Below are positions 47,801 to 57,181 of a stretch of DNA of 64,000 bases, in pieces. The stretch is taken from the NCBI GenBank assembly GCA_963702005.1, contig OY969696.1:1024001-1088000 (forward strand). The letters run 5' to 3'. Below the pieces are notes generated by a model, which saw only the letters and a list, made by a program, of their open reading frames with translations, made no database searches and was not told the DNA's origin. This DNA is from Candidatus Aminicenantes bacterium (GTDB lineage: Bacteria; Acidobacteriota; Aminicenantia; Aminicenantales; JAFGBC01). Both the position numbers and the translations under genes were made by a program. Position 1 is the first letter of the stretch. Each line of letters opens with the position of its first letter.

Positions 47801-47948
47801 TCGCCTGGCCAAGCTCTATGATCAGAAAGGCGCGACGGCCAAAGCCACTGAAAACTATCGACGTTTCCTCGACCTCTGGAAGGACGCCGATGCGGGATTG
47901 CCGGAGGTCGCGGAGGCGAAGAAGCGACTGGCAAGGCTTGGAGCATGA
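44805..47948 (+). CDS. Zinc-ribbon - Ser/Thr kinase - TM - TolB-N/FlgO-like - TPR receptor kinase, paralog A
   Basis: CPIC..CREC, GHGGMG, IALK, HRDLKPQN, DFG, GTPEYMSPE, TM helix, SIAVISFENQTGD, TPRs. Confidence 0.93.
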   Translation: MKCPICNTDNPSGSKFCRECATPIPAEASGRGVRASFTRTLETPSEELARGTLFAGRYEIIEELGHGGMGRVYKVFDADIKEKIALKVLRPEIALDKETVERFSNELKLARKISHRNVCRMFDLGKAESTTFITMEFVPGEDLKKLIRKTGQLGAGRAVSIAKQVCEGLAEAHGLGIVHRDLKPQNIMVDEDGNARIMDFGIARSIKAKGITGAGVMIGTPEYMSPEQVEGKEVDQRSDIYSLGIILYEMLTGHVPFEGDTPFTIGVKHKSETPRDPRDLNTQIPQDLDRLVLRCLEKEKAKRYQSAIDLHADLEKVEQGLPTTERVVSKRKPFTSREITVKFNLKKLVLPLSAVIVLAAAAVFLWKFIPHKKAPAAPKIENSIAVISFENQTGDKSYDYLQKAIPNLLITSLEQNGGAYVATWERLRDLLKQMGQGEKDTIEADVGFELCRREGIQALVLGSYVKAGDMFALDVKVLDVETKKLLKSSGSKGKGVDSILESQIDELSREIWQGIGLSAVGFEFAPTKVANVTTTSMEAYNYFLKGDEELNRLHWERGRQFLAKAVELDPTFALAHLWLSDTFLASGDHRAWREELELAKKYSEKATEKEKLYIEANYARDIKKDSLAYLNLMEQLVQKYPKEKQFHFDLGAILLNTDLPRAIEEITKALELDPQFGPASNELAIIYRGTGDYEKSLELFRRSAALYPGDADPLDSMAWTYLRMGDLDQARAKFKEALEAEPDFFWSLKGIFYVSALSQDYPEAKKWADHLISMVKSPGLIMEGYWHRALLEFWLGQIKRASETLREAGDLADKISNKNARIFADYIKSCIHFERGEFELGRKYLQACWDYETRTYPDTRAFNKIIYAYELGLIELELGRIDSVRSRVANIKAYLTKPRAEFTWDLSHYYDLLSAEILLREGAAKAAIGLLAKMPPQRPPVSYGQISLIAYNLPSFKDTLARAYQQNGEIDKAIAEYERLITIGPQNISRALIHPLNYYRLAKLYDQKGATAKATENYRRFLDLWKDADAGLPEVAEAKKRLARLGA

Positions 47949-48023
47949 GTGAGCGAGCTTGCGCTGCTCTGAGCCATGAGATCAACAGTCGCGCGACAGA
48001 AAAATGGATAGCATCGCACAGTC

Positions 48024-48049
48024 TTGACATTTACTCAATATTGAGTAAA
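48024..48049 (+). promoter_or_regulatory. Promoter -35 (TTGACA) followed by perfect 20-bp palindrome TTTACTCAATATTGAGTAAA (probable operator)
   Basis: Palindrome 48030-48049 directly upstream of the HTH-MNT gene. Confidence 0.75.
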
Positions 48050-48073
48050 CATTTATTCAAAACGGGATAGACG

Positions 48074-48652
48074 ATGCTGGGTATTCTCACCAAGTCGGCG
48101 ATTCGGAGAAAGATCATCATCCTGTTCGTCTATAATCAGCGGAAGGAATTCTATTTGAGCGAGATCGCCCGTTTGGTGAAAACGACGCCCGGCACGGCCC
48201 AGCGGGAGCTGAACAGGCTTCTGACCCAAGATTTCATCGCCTTCAGGAAAAAAGGCAACCTGAGCCTCTACAAGCTTAACCCCGGCTATGGCCTTCTCAA
48301 GGAAATCGAGGTGATTGTCCGGAAGACGTTTGGGGCCGAGGTGGAGCTCAAGAAGGAGCTGGGCAAGGTCAAAGGCATTTCCTTCGCTTTTCTCTTCGGA
48401 TCGTATGCGAAAGACTCCCTGAAGTCGCGTTCGGACATCGATCTCTTTATCGTCGGCGACCCCGTCGATGACGACGTCTACCGCGCCGTGCGGCGGGTCG
48501 AGGAAATCGTCGGCAGGGAAATCAACTATCATCTCGCGGGAGAGGCCGAGTTCGCCCAAAAATCCAAGACGCGTTCCTTTTTAAAAGACATCGTCGCCAA
48601 GCCTCTGATGATTCTGGGAAAGGAAAATGAACTCCGACAGCGTCTTATCTAA
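48074..48652 (+). CDS. HTH plus minimal nucleotidyltransferase (MNT-type antitoxin)
   Basis: YLSEIARLV......QRELNRL (wHTH); FLFGSYAK.....SDIDLFIVG. Confidence 0.88.
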   Translation: MLGILTKSAIRRKIIILFVYNQRKEFYLSEIARLVKTTPGTAQRELNRLLTQDFIAFRKKGNLSLYKLNPGYGLLKEIEVIVRKTFGAEVELKKELGKVKGISFAFLFGSYAKDSLKSRSDIDLFIVGDPVDDDVYRAVRRVEEIVGREINYHLAGEAEFAQKSKTRSFLKDIVAKPLMILGKENELRQRLI

Positions 48653-48878
48653 GCTTGCGCGCGAAGGGAAGCTCAAGCGACAGAAGGCCGACCTCGACTA
48701 TCTCAATAAAATCCAGAGATTCCGGGTCAAAAGGAACGAATGTCTTTACGATCCCAGAGGATTGATCGGGAAAAACGAAGCCGAGGCGATCCATCAAACT
48801 GCGAAAGAATTTTGGGGCAAAGTCCGAACCTATCTTGAAAAGGAAAATCCCCAACTGAAGCTTTTCAGGGAGGTCTAG
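48627..48878 (+). pseudogene. HEPN-like partner of MNT, apparently shortened by an in-frame internal deletion
   Basis: Overlaps the MNT stop; keeps an N-terminal helix and the C-terminal R..RNECLYD...EA......AKEF segment, but is only 83 aa. Confidence 0.55.
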
Positions 48879-48886
48879 GGACTGAA

Positions 48887-51800
48887 ATGAAGTGCCCGCA
48901 ATGTCATACAGAAAACTCCCGGGATTCCAAGTTCTGTAAATCCTGCGCCACGCCGCTCCCCTCGCCCAAAGACCATACGCCGGCCATGACCGAAACCTTT
49001 CAAACACCCATCAAGGAACTGACCACCGGCGCAACATTCGCCGGCCGCTACCAGATCATCGAGGAGCTCGGCCAGGGCGGGATGGGGCGAGTTTACAAGG
49101 TTTATGACACTAAAATCAAGGAAAAGATCGCCCTCAAGCTGATCCGGCCCGAGATCGCGGCGGACGAGGAGGCCCTGGAGCGGTTCGGCAACGAACTGCG
49201 CCTCGCCCGGAAGATCCGGCATAAGAACATCTGCGGGATGTTCGACCTGGGCGAGGCCGCAGCTGTCCACTTCATCACCATGGAATACGTCTCCGGCGAG
49301 GATTTGAAGGGCATGATGCGCATGTCGGGCAGCCTGAGCCTGGGCATGTTGCTGAGCGTCGGAAAGCAGGTCTGCGACGGCCTGGCCGAAGCCCACCGCC
49401 TGGGCATCGTCCACCGCGACCTGAAGCCGCAGAACATCATGATCGACCGGGGCGGGAGCGCCAAGATCATGGATTTCGGGATCGCCCGCTCGCTCAAGCA
49501 GAAGGGGATCACCGGGGCGAGCACGATGATCGGCACTCCGGAATATATGTCTCCGGAGCAGGCCGAGGCTAAAGAAGTGGACGCCCGGTCCGACCTCTAT
49601 TCCCTGGGGATCATCCTTTACGAAATGGCGACCGGACAGGTGCCGTTTGAAGGCGATACGGCGCTCAGCGTCGCCATGAAGCACAAGGCTGAAATTCCTA
49701 AAAACCCCAAGCTGCTCAACCCGAATATCCCCGCGGACCTGGCCTCGGTCATTCTCAAATGCCTGGCCAAAGATAAAGAGAAAAGGTACCAGAGCGCCGC
49801 GGAGCTGCACGCCGACCTAGACAAGATCGAAAAGGGCCTGCCCACGACCGAGCGCATCGTCCCGGAGAAGAAGCCCGTCACCTCGCGGGAGATCACTCTG
49901 AAGCTCACTCCAAAGAAGTTCCTTGTGCCCGGTCTCGCCTTCATGGCCGTCGCCGCCGTCGCCATCATTCTCTGGCGCGTTCTCCCGTCCCAGAGCGTGC
50001 CCTCCGCGCCGAAGATCGAAAACTCGGTCGCGGTCATAGACTTTGAAAATCAGACGGGCGATAAAAGCTATGATTACCTCCGGAAAGCGATCCCCAATCT
50101 GATAATCACCAACCTCGAGCAAACGGGAAACCTCTATGTCCCGACCTGGGAACGGCTGCGCGATCTTCTCAAGCAATTGAACCGAGAGAACGCGGAGATC
50201 ATAAGCGGAGAGCTGGGTTTCGAGCTCTGCCGCCTGGAAGGGATCAGGACCATCGTCCTGGGAAGCTTTACCAGGGCCGGGAACGTGTTCGCCACGGACG
50301 TCAAGCTCCTGGACGCGGAAACCAAGCGGACGATTAAGAGCGCCAGCTCCAGGGGAGAAGGCGTCGACAGCATCCTTAAAACTCAGATCGACGAACTGAG
50401 CGGGGAAATATCGAAAGGCATCGGACTTCCGGCCGGAGCAGAGGGGGCCGCCCCGCTGCCCGTCGCCGAAATCACGACGTCTTCGATGGAAGCCTATCAC
50501 TATTTTTTGAAAGGAAACGAAGAGAGGGAAAAATTCTATTATCCGGAATCCCTCGAGTCTTATAAAAGGGCCGTGGCCATCGACCCGACCTTCGCCGCCG
50601 CCTATCAGGGTCTCTCCTGGGCCTGCGACTTGATGTTCGAGTCCAGAGCCAGTCGCGGGGCCCTCGATAAAGCCCGGTTCTACGCCCGGAAAGCGACGGA
50701 AAAAGAGAGGCTCTACATCGAGGCGGATTATGCGGCCTTTATCGAGAGGGATGGACCGAAATCCATCCGGCTCTTGAAACAAATTGTCGGCAAGTATCCC
50801 AAAGAAAAGCGCGCTCATTTGGCTCTGGCCAACTCGTACGGCTATCATAATATGCTTGAAGCCATTGAAGAATTGAAAAAGGCCTTGGAGATCGACCCCA
50901 ATTATGCCGACGCCTACAATTCGCTGGGATTGTATTATCGCTATCATGGCGATTTTGACGAGGCCCTTGAGGTGTTCAATAAATACGCCTCCGTTTCCCC
51001 CGATCAAGCCAACCCCATAGACAACCTGGCCAACCTCTATTTCCGGCAGGGACGGGTTGATGACGCCATAGCGAAATTCAAGGAGGCTTTGAGCATCAGG
51101 CCGGACTTTATTTGGTCGACGTTGGCCCTCAGCTACATCTCGGCTCTCAAACAGGATTATTCCGATGCCTTCCGGTTGCTGGATCAATTGATTACCGGGA
51201 TGAAGGGCGGTGGTGGCGAGTTCTTTGCCCGTTTGCCGAAGGCGTTTTTATGGGCCTGGCTGGGCAACCTGGAAAAGGCGTCGCGCGAATTCGCCATGAT
51301 TACCGATACGGCCGAACGGTTGGGGAACGAGGACATGAAGGGTATGGTCGATGAGATCAAGGCCTGGGCCTATTATGATCGAGGAGACCTCGAGCTCTGC
51401 CGGGATGGCTTTCATCAATATGAAACGTCCTACGCCCAAATCTACTCCGCATCCGCCAAAAACATGCCCGTGGGCGGACCGCCTAATTTCATCGTCAGTT
51501 TTAACAATGGATTCCTGGACTTGAAACTCGGCCGATTGGACTCCGCGAAGTCCAGATGGACGGAGGTGAAGGCTCTTTCATCCGAATCCGATAACGACCA
51601 AGTTTTTCACATCAACTATCTCCGGGGAGAGATTCTGCTCGCAGAGGGGAGACCTCTTGAGGCCATTTCTCTTCTTGAGAAGGCTCCCCCCAGGATCTTA
51701 ATCTCGCTTTCCTATAGCCCTTATCTGATCGCTTACAACTTTCCTTTCCTCAAGGACGCGCTGGCCCGGGCCTACGAACAGAACGGCGAGATCGATAAGG

Positions 51801-52027
51801 CCATTTCCGAATATGTGCGGCTGACAACCTATAACACCAGGAACAGGGAGCCATATCTCATTCACCCGAAGTATTACTATCGACTGGCGAAGCTCTATGA
51901 GAAAAAGGGTCTGGCCCTAAAGGCCCGGGAGAATTTCAAGCGCTTCCTCGACCTCTGGAAGGATGCCGACCCGGGCCAGCCGGAAGTTGAGGACGCGAAG
52001 AAGCGGCTCAACAGCCTGCAGAATTAG
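48887..52027 (+). CDS. Zinc-ribbon - Ser/Thr kinase - TM - TPR receptor kinase, paralog B
   Basis: Same motifs and essentially the same length (1046 vs 1047 aa) as paralog A. Confidence 0.93.
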   Translation: MKCPQCHTENSRDSKFCKSCATPLPSPKDHTPAMTETFQTPIKELTTGATFAGRYQIIEELGQGGMGRVYKVYDTKIKEKIALKLIRPEIAADEEALERFGNELRLARKIRHKNICGMFDLGEAAAVHFITMEYVSGEDLKGMMRMSGSLSLGMLLSVGKQVCDGLAEAHRLGIVHRDLKPQNIMIDRGGSAKIMDFGIARSLKQKGITGASTMIGTPEYMSPEQAEAKEVDARSDLYSLGIILYEMATGQVPFEGDTALSVAMKHKAEIPKNPKLLNPNIPADLASVILKCLAKDKEKRYQSAAELHADLDKIEKGLPTTERIVPEKKPVTSREITLKLTPKKFLVPGLAFMAVAAVAIILWRVLPSQSVPSAPKIENSVAVIDFENQTGDKSYDYLRKAIPNLIITNLEQTGNLYVPTWERLRDLLKQLNRENAEIISGELGFELCRLEGIRTIVLGSFTRAGNVFATDVKLLDAETKRTIKSASSRGEGVDSILKTQIDELSGEISKGIGLPAGAEGAAPLPVAEITTSSMEAYHYFLKGNEEREKFYYPESLESYKRAVAIDPTFAAAYQGLSWACDLMFESRASRGALDKARFYARKATEKERLYIEADYAAFIERDGPKSIRLLKQIVGKYPKEKRAHLALANSYGYHNMLEAIEELKKALEIDPNYADAYNSLGLYYRYHGDFDEALEVFNKYASVSPDQANPIDNLANLYFRQGRVDDAIAKFKEALSIRPDFIWSTLALSYISALKQDYSDAFRLLDQLITGMKGGGGEFFARLPKAFLWAWLGNLEKASREFAMITDTAERLGNEDMKGMVDEIKAWAYYDRGDLELCRDGFHQYETSYAQIYSASAKNMPVGGPPNFIVSFNNGFLDLKLGRLDSAKSRWTEVKALSSESDNDQVFHINYLRGEILLAEGRPLEAISLLEKAPPRILISLSYSPYLIAYNFPFLKDALARAYEQNGEIDKAISEYVRLTTYNTRNREPYLIHPKYYYRLAKLYEKKGLALKARENFKRFLDLWKDADPGQPEVEDAKKRLNSLQN

Positions 52028-52299
52028 CCTGACAACTCAGAATAGACTTCCCGTCGATGACCCACCCTAACGACAAGGATGATAAGTCGGGCTTCGTCCT
52101 TCTTGAAGATCACCCGATAGGCCCCGATGCGGAGTCGATAAAGGGCTTCTTCCGGACCGCTGAGCCTTCGGATGTTGTTCTTGAGCGCAGCCGGGTTCCC
52201 GGCCAGGATCAGAAGCTTGGCCCTAATAATTTTCTGCCTGGCCCGGTCGATCCGTTTGAACTCGTCCAGCGCCCTGTCCAGAAACACAAGTCTATACAA
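52024..52299 (-). CDS. RelE/ParE family toxin
   Basis: YRLVF...A..E...ID..., YRLRIGAYRVIF, VRVGHRREVY. Confidence 0.9.
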   Translation of the reverse strand: MYRLVFLDRALDEFKRIDRARQKIIRAKLLILAGNPAALKNNIRRLSGPEEALYRLRIGAYRVIFKKDEARLIILVVRVGHRREVYSELSG

Positions 52300-52524
52300 T
52301 CAGATTCCCAGGTCCTTCCAGACATCGTCGGCGTCGATGAGCTTGGCCTTTCCCTTTTCGAGGTCCTTCAGACGCTTCCGTGCAACCTTCAGGTCCAGGA
52401 GGTCGAAATAGACCTCCAAGGCCTTCTCGATCAGAGAGCTCTTTTTTTCGCCGAGCTCTTTGGCCAGACTCTCCAGCTCCCGCGAAACCTCCGCGTCGAT
52501 CGTGATGTTATGCCGCACCTGCAT
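52300..52524 (-). CDS. Ribbon-helix-helix (CopG/RelB-like) antitoxin
   Basis: VRHNITID....RELESLAKELGEKKSSLIEKALE; C-terminal DDVWKDLGI; RBS gaggagg before ATG 52524. Confidence 0.85.
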   Translation of the reverse strand: MQVRHNITIDAEVSRELESLAKELGEKKSSLIEKALEVYFDLLDLKVARKRLKDLEKGKAKLIDADDVWKDLGI

Positions 52525-52542
52525 ATTCTCGGCCTCCTCGGC

Positions 52543-52576
52543 TATACACAAATTATACACAATTATTGTGTATAAT
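52543..52576. promoter_or_regulatory. TA operator: perfect inverted repeat ATTATACACAAT-T-ATTGTGTATAAT plus a third half-site
   Basis: Inverted repeat 52552-52576; extra TATACACAA at 52543-52551. Confidence 0.8.
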
Positions 52577-52666
52577 CAAGGGGGCATCGATAAAAACGGC
52601 CATCCTTATTTCTTGACGCTGGACCCGACAAGGCATTCTCATCGAGCAGTATGATAAAATAGTCCG

Positions 52667-54112
52667 GTGAAGATGATGTTTCGCCGGCATCCAGCCTCGT
52701 CTGCATGTCTTGCGGCGGCATTCTTAGCGCTGTTCGTTTCCCTGGCGGCGCCGCTCGCCGCCGACGAGACGACCGATAAAGTTGACAGGCTCTTCGCCCC
52801 CTGGGATAAGACGACTTCCCCCGGCGCGACCCTGGCCGTCATCCGCGACGGCCGCATTATTTATGAGCGCGGCTACGGCATGGCCAAGCTCGAGGACGGG
52901 ATCGTCATGACCCCGGACAAGATCTTCGATATCGGGTCGGTCTCCAAGCAGTTCACGGCGGCCTGCGTCGTCCTGCTCGTCCGCGACGGCAAGCTCTCGC
53001 TCGACGACAACGTCCGCAAGTTCATCCCCGAGCTTCCCGACTACGGGACGCCCATCACCGTCCGCCACCTCCTCCATCACACGAGCGGGCTGCGCGACTA
53101 CAACTCCCTGCTCGAAATGGCCGGCTTCCGCGACGACTCCGACTGCCCGACAGTCGAGGAATCCCTGGACGTTATCTGCCGCCAAAAGAAGCTCAACTAT
53201 ACGCCGGGCGCCGAATATTCCTACACCAACTCCGGCTATTTCCTGCTCGGCCAGATCGTCGAGCGCGTCAGCGGCCGGTCGCTCAACGGCTTCGCCCAGG
53301 AGCGCATCTTCAAGCCCCTGGGCATGGCGCACACCCTCTTCCAGGACGACCACACCCAAATCATCCCCAATCGGGCCAGCGGCTACGAGGCGGCGGGGCC
53401 AGGCTTCCGGCTGGACATGAGCAACTGGGACGAGACGGGCGACGGCAACGTCTACACCTCGGTCGAGGACCTTGCCCTCTGGGACCAGGCGTTCTATAAC
53501 GGCAAGCTCGGCCGGGAGGTCACGGACATGCTCCAGACGACGGGGACGCTGACGAACGGAAAGCCGATCGATTACGCTTTCGGCCTCCGCCTGAACGAAT
53601 ATAGAGGTCTAAGAACGGTTTCTCACTCCGGCTCCTGGGCCGGGTTCCGGGCGGCTCTCATCCGCTTCCCGGACGAGCGGTTCTCGGTCATCTGCCTGGC
53701 CAACCTGGGCACGATAGAGCCCTACATCTTAGCGTTCCAGGTGGCCGATATCTACCTGGCCGGAAAACTCAAGGGGCCGGAGATCATGGAAGAACAGAAG
53801 GCCGAAGCGGCGGTCAAAGCGCCGGCGCCCTTCGGGCCTCTCGGCGCGGCCCGGCTGGCCGAATATACGGGGACGTACCTGAGCCCGGAGCTCCTGGACG
53901 CCAGGTATCAGGTCAGCATGGACAAAGGCGCGCTCCTTCTCAAGATGCGGGCATTCCCGAAGCTCGAGCTGAAAGCGACAGCGCCCGATCAATTTGCCCA
54001 ACCGGAACTGGACGCCACTTACGAATTCGTCCGCGGCCGCGGCGGCAAGGTCACGGGCTTCAAGCTCAACGTCGAGGGGGCCAACGGCATCGAGTTCTTC
54101 AAGAAATCTTAA
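52667..54112 (+). CDS. Serine hydrolase of the beta-lactamase class C / S12 family
   Basis: IGSVSKQF (SxxK), LLHHTSG, YSYTN, HSG. Confidence 0.92.
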   Translation: MKMMFRRHPASSACLAAAFLALFVSLAAPLAADETTDKVDRLFAPWDKTTSPGATLAVIRDGRIIYERGYGMAKLEDGIVMTPDKIFDIGSVSKQFTAACVVLLVRDGKLSLDDNVRKFIPELPDYGTPITVRHLLHHTSGLRDYNSLLEMAGFRDDSDCPTVEESLDVICRQKKLNYTPGAEYSYTNSGYFLLGQIVERVSGRSLNGFAQERIFKPLGMAHTLFQDDHTQIIPNRASGYEAAGPGFRLDMSNWDETGDGNVYTSVEDLALWDQAFYNGKLGREVTDMLQTTGTLTNGKPIDYAFGLRLNEYRGLRTVSHSGSWAGFRAALIRFPDERFSVICLANLGTIEPYILAFQVADIYLAGKLKGPEIMEEQKAEAAVKAPAPFGPLGAARLAEYTGTYLSPELLDARYQVSMDKGALLLKMRAFPKLELKATAPDQFAQPELDATYEFVRGRGGKVTGFKLNVEGANGIEFFKKS

Positions 54113-54302
54113 GGACGATTGTCCTTATCCGACCGAACGCCCGGCCGCGATCAAGTTGAGCCCCCAAGCCGTCGGCCGGATTCTTCGATCCATTTTTCGC
54201 GGTCATCACGCCGGAGTTCCAGGTTCTCAGGAAGAACCCGGAATTCCGGGCCCTGTTCAAACTGGGCATCTAAGCCTATAATATTTAAGGAGGGAGGGGA
54301 CT

Positions 54303-56966
54303 ATGAAAAAGTATCTTCTTGCGCTTCCTATCGCGGCGCTGGCCTCCGCCTTGGCCATCGGCCCGCGAACGATCCAGCCGAAGTCCGCTCGGATTATCCC
54401 CAGCGCGACTCCGACGGCGTTTAAGATCGATCCCGACTTCGGAACGCAGTGCGCGGCTTTCATCCCCAACCGGGGACAGACGCAGGCACAAGCTCTCTAC
54501 TACGCCAAGATGTCTTCGTCCACCCTCTGGCTGACCAAGACGGCGCTTGTTCTCGATTCCAAGTCCGGCGCCGATCCTGAGGGAGGCGCCCCGTCCCGCG
54601 ACGTGGTCCGGATCGAGTTCGAGGGCGCCAACCCCGCGCCCGAAGTGATCGCTCAAGATCCCGGCACCCAGGTCGTCAACTATCTCATCGGCAACGACCC
54701 GGCGAAGTGGCGGCAGGAGCTTGCGACCTTTCGGAGCGTCCTCTATCGGAACCTCTACAAGAACATCGACCTCAAGGTCTACGGCCGAGGGGGCGAGTTC
54801 GAATACGACTGGATCGTAAAGCCCGGAGGCGACGCCGGGAAGATCCGGGTCAGAATCGAGGGAGAAGCCCGGCCGGTCCTCGAGAAGGACGGATCTCTTG
54901 TCCTTTCGACCCGGCACGGCGAGTGGACCCTGCATAGACCGCAAGCATATCAAGTCCTTAACGGTAAGCCCATCGATGTCCAAGCTGCGTTTAAAGCCAT
55001 GGGGCAAAACACGTTCGGCCTGACCGTCGGCGGCTACGATAAGACCCAAATCCTGATGATCGACCCCGTCCTAGGCCTTAAATTCTCTTCCTTCCTGAGA
55101 GGGAGCAAGGACGAGGCGGGCCGAGGATTGGCGGTTTCGGCCAAGGGATTTATCTATATCGCGGGTTATACGGATTCCTCCGACTTTCCGACAAAGGCCG
55201 GCTACAACCAAGTCCTGGCCGGCGGTTACGACGTTTTCGTGACCAAGCTCCCCGCCTCGGGCCAGGGGCTCATCTATTCGACCTACATCGGAGGAAAGGG
55301 TTCGGACCTCGCTTATGGCCTCGCGGTCGACGCCACAGGCGCGGCCTATGTTACCGGCTCGACCGAGTCGGCCGACTTCCCGGTCAAGAACGCCTTCAAA
55401 TCAACTCCCGCGGGAAACGAGGATGCTTTCGTCCTCAAGCTCAGCCCAACGGGCGGAGTCCTCGTCTATTCGACCTATCTGGGCGGCCAGGGTTCGGACG
55501 CCGGCTTGGCGATCGGGGTGGACGGCCAAGGTTGTGCCTGCGTGACGGGAAAAACAGCTTCTTCAAATTTTCCATTAGTCTCGGCGCTGGACTCGAAAAT
55601 CGAGGGCCAGGAAGCCTTTGTCGCCAAATTATCGCCGTCCGGAACGTCGCTGATCTATTCGACGTTTCTCGGCGGGAAAGGAACAGACGCGGGCCGGGGG
55701 ATCGCCCTGGACAGCGGGGGCGGAGCCTACGTCACCGGTTCGACGGATTCCACGGATTTCCCGGTCGCGAACGCCTTTAGCACATCCGCGCACGGCGGCC
55801 TGGACGCGTTTGTCGCCCGGATTTCGCCGACGGGCCGGTCCTTAATCTTTTCCACTTACCTCGGCGGCGCCTCGGACGATGTCGGCTACGGGATCGCCCT
55901 GGACTCGGCGCGAAACGTTTACGTCACCGGGCAGACGGCATCTCCGGATTTTCCGCTTAAGAACGCCTACGACATCACCCTGGGCGGCCGGGACGCCTTC
56001 GTTGCCAAGCTTGATGCCTTGGGGAAAAATCTCGTCTATTCGACCTTCTTGGGAGGGCTTAAAGAGGACGCCGGATACGCGATCGTCGTGGCGGCGGATC
56101 ATACGGCCTGGGTGACGGGCTTCACGAAGTCGTCCGATTTTCCGACCGCGGCCAGCGTTTACGAGACCTACACAGCCGGCCGCGACGCGTTCCTGACCCA
56201 ACTTTCAGCGGACGGCGCGAAGCTCGTCTCCTCAGCCTGCTTCGGGGGGAGCGGGAACGAGACGGCCTATGCGCTTGCTCTTTCCGCGGATGGATTCCCC
56301 TGTCTGACGGGCGCGACGTCCTCGGCGGATTTTCCGACCGTTTCAACCGCGGACAAGGCCGCGGGCGGCGGCGAGGATGTCTTTAGCGTCAAGTTCGCCG
56401 CTGTCATCGTCGAGGTGCGGATCGATGATGTCGATCTAGTCTACGGATGGGGGGCTAAGCCCGTCGTCGCAGTGGACGTCTGGGGCCAGAACTTCGGGAG
56501 CCAGGGCCAAAAACAGCTTGTCTGCGACGGCGTCCTGATCCCCCGCGAGAAGGTCCAGTCCTGGTCAAGTTCTCATATCAGGCTCTCATCGGCCGGTTGG
56601 CTCGATGACCTGATCTATGTGGATCATAATTACAGCTTCGCTATCGAAGAATACGGCGCGGTTATCTCCAACACGCATCTCCAGCGATTTTTAATGCATA
56701 TCTTTGATATCTGGGATTATGGAGATTTTGGCTATCACGAAGTCGCGATCGAGGGATATAATTTCGGAACCGAGCAGGGTTCAAATGTCGTGCGGATGGA
56801 CTCTGATTCGGGCTCCTGGATCGTGGATGTTCATGGCTGGGGTCCTTATTCCGTATTGATCGGCGATTGGAGCTTCGCCACTCCTCCGGCCGGGGATTAT
56901 GACGTCTATATCCAGAGGGATTCTCAAATCATCTCCGAAGTTTATCGCTTTCATAAATGGTGGTGA
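54303..56966 (+). CDS. SBBP-repeat secreted protein, paralog 5, with two C-terminal IPT/TIG-like domains
   Basis: Same N-terminal domain and repeats; tail has V.V.GQNFGSQ..SWSSSHI and V.IEGYNFGTEQG..V. Confidence 0.88.
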   Translation: MKKYLLALPIAALASALAIGPRTIQPKSARIIPSATPTAFKIDPDFGTQCAAFIPNRGQTQAQALYYAKMSSSTLWLTKTALVLDSKSGADPEGGAPSRDVVRIEFEGANPAPEVIAQDPGTQVVNYLIGNDPAKWRQELATFRSVLYRNLYKNIDLKVYGRGGEFEYDWIVKPGGDAGKIRVRIEGEARPVLEKDGSLVLSTRHGEWTLHRPQAYQVLNGKPIDVQAAFKAMGQNTFGLTVGGYDKTQILMIDPVLGLKFSSFLRGSKDEAGRGLAVSAKGFIYIAGYTDSSDFPTKAGYNQVLAGGYDVFVTKLPASGQGLIYSTYIGGKGSDLAYGLAVDATGAAYVTGSTESADFPVKNAFKSTPAGNEDAFVLKLSPTGGVLVYSTYLGGQGSDAGLAIGVDGQGCACVTGKTASSNFPLVSALDSKIEGQEAFVAKLSPSGTSLIYSTFLGGKGTDAGRGIALDSGGGAYVTGSTDSTDFPVANAFSTSAHGGLDAFVARISPTGRSLIFSTYLGGASDDVGYGIALDSARNVYVTGQTASPDFPLKNAYDITLGGRDAFVAKLDALGKNLVYSTFLGGLKEDAGYAIVVAADHTAWVTGFTKSSDFPTAASVYETYTAGRDAFLTQLSADGAKLVSSACFGGSGNETAYALALSADGFPCLTGATSSADFPTVSTADKAAGGGEDVFSVKFAAVIVEVRIDDVDLVYGWGAKPVVAVDVWGQNFGSQGQKQLVCDGVLIPREKVQSWSSSHIRLSSAGWLDDLIYVDHNYSFAIEEYGAVISNTHLQRFLMHIFDIWDYGDFGYHEVAIEGYNFGTEQGSNVVRMDSDSGSWIVDVHGWGPYSVLIGDWSFATPPAGDYDVYIQRDSQIISEVYRFHKWW

Positions 56967-57039
56967 TGAATCGCGGCCGCGGCGACGGTCAGAAACAGCG
57001 CTTTCTTCATTTCGCTTCTCCTTTTTGGGCCGCCGCCGC

Positions 57040-57181
57040 TCAGGGCAGCGTCAGCGTTTCGGGGGCGACGATGAGCTTCCCCTGAATCGGGACGCCGCGC
57101 GGGCAGGCGGATTCGCAGGCGCCGCAGGCGAAGCGGCAGGTCGCGCCGCCGGCGGTTCGTTCGGGTCAGGTCGTTTGGCAT
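57040..57181 (-). pseudogene. Collapsed remnant of an Fe-S protein gene, possibly an aldo/keto reductase with 4Fe-4S domain
   Basis: RBS ggagg plus MPNDLTR start, then in another frame TCRFACGACESACPRGVPIQGKLIVAPETLTLP-stop (ferredoxin-type Cys motif). Confidence 0.5.
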
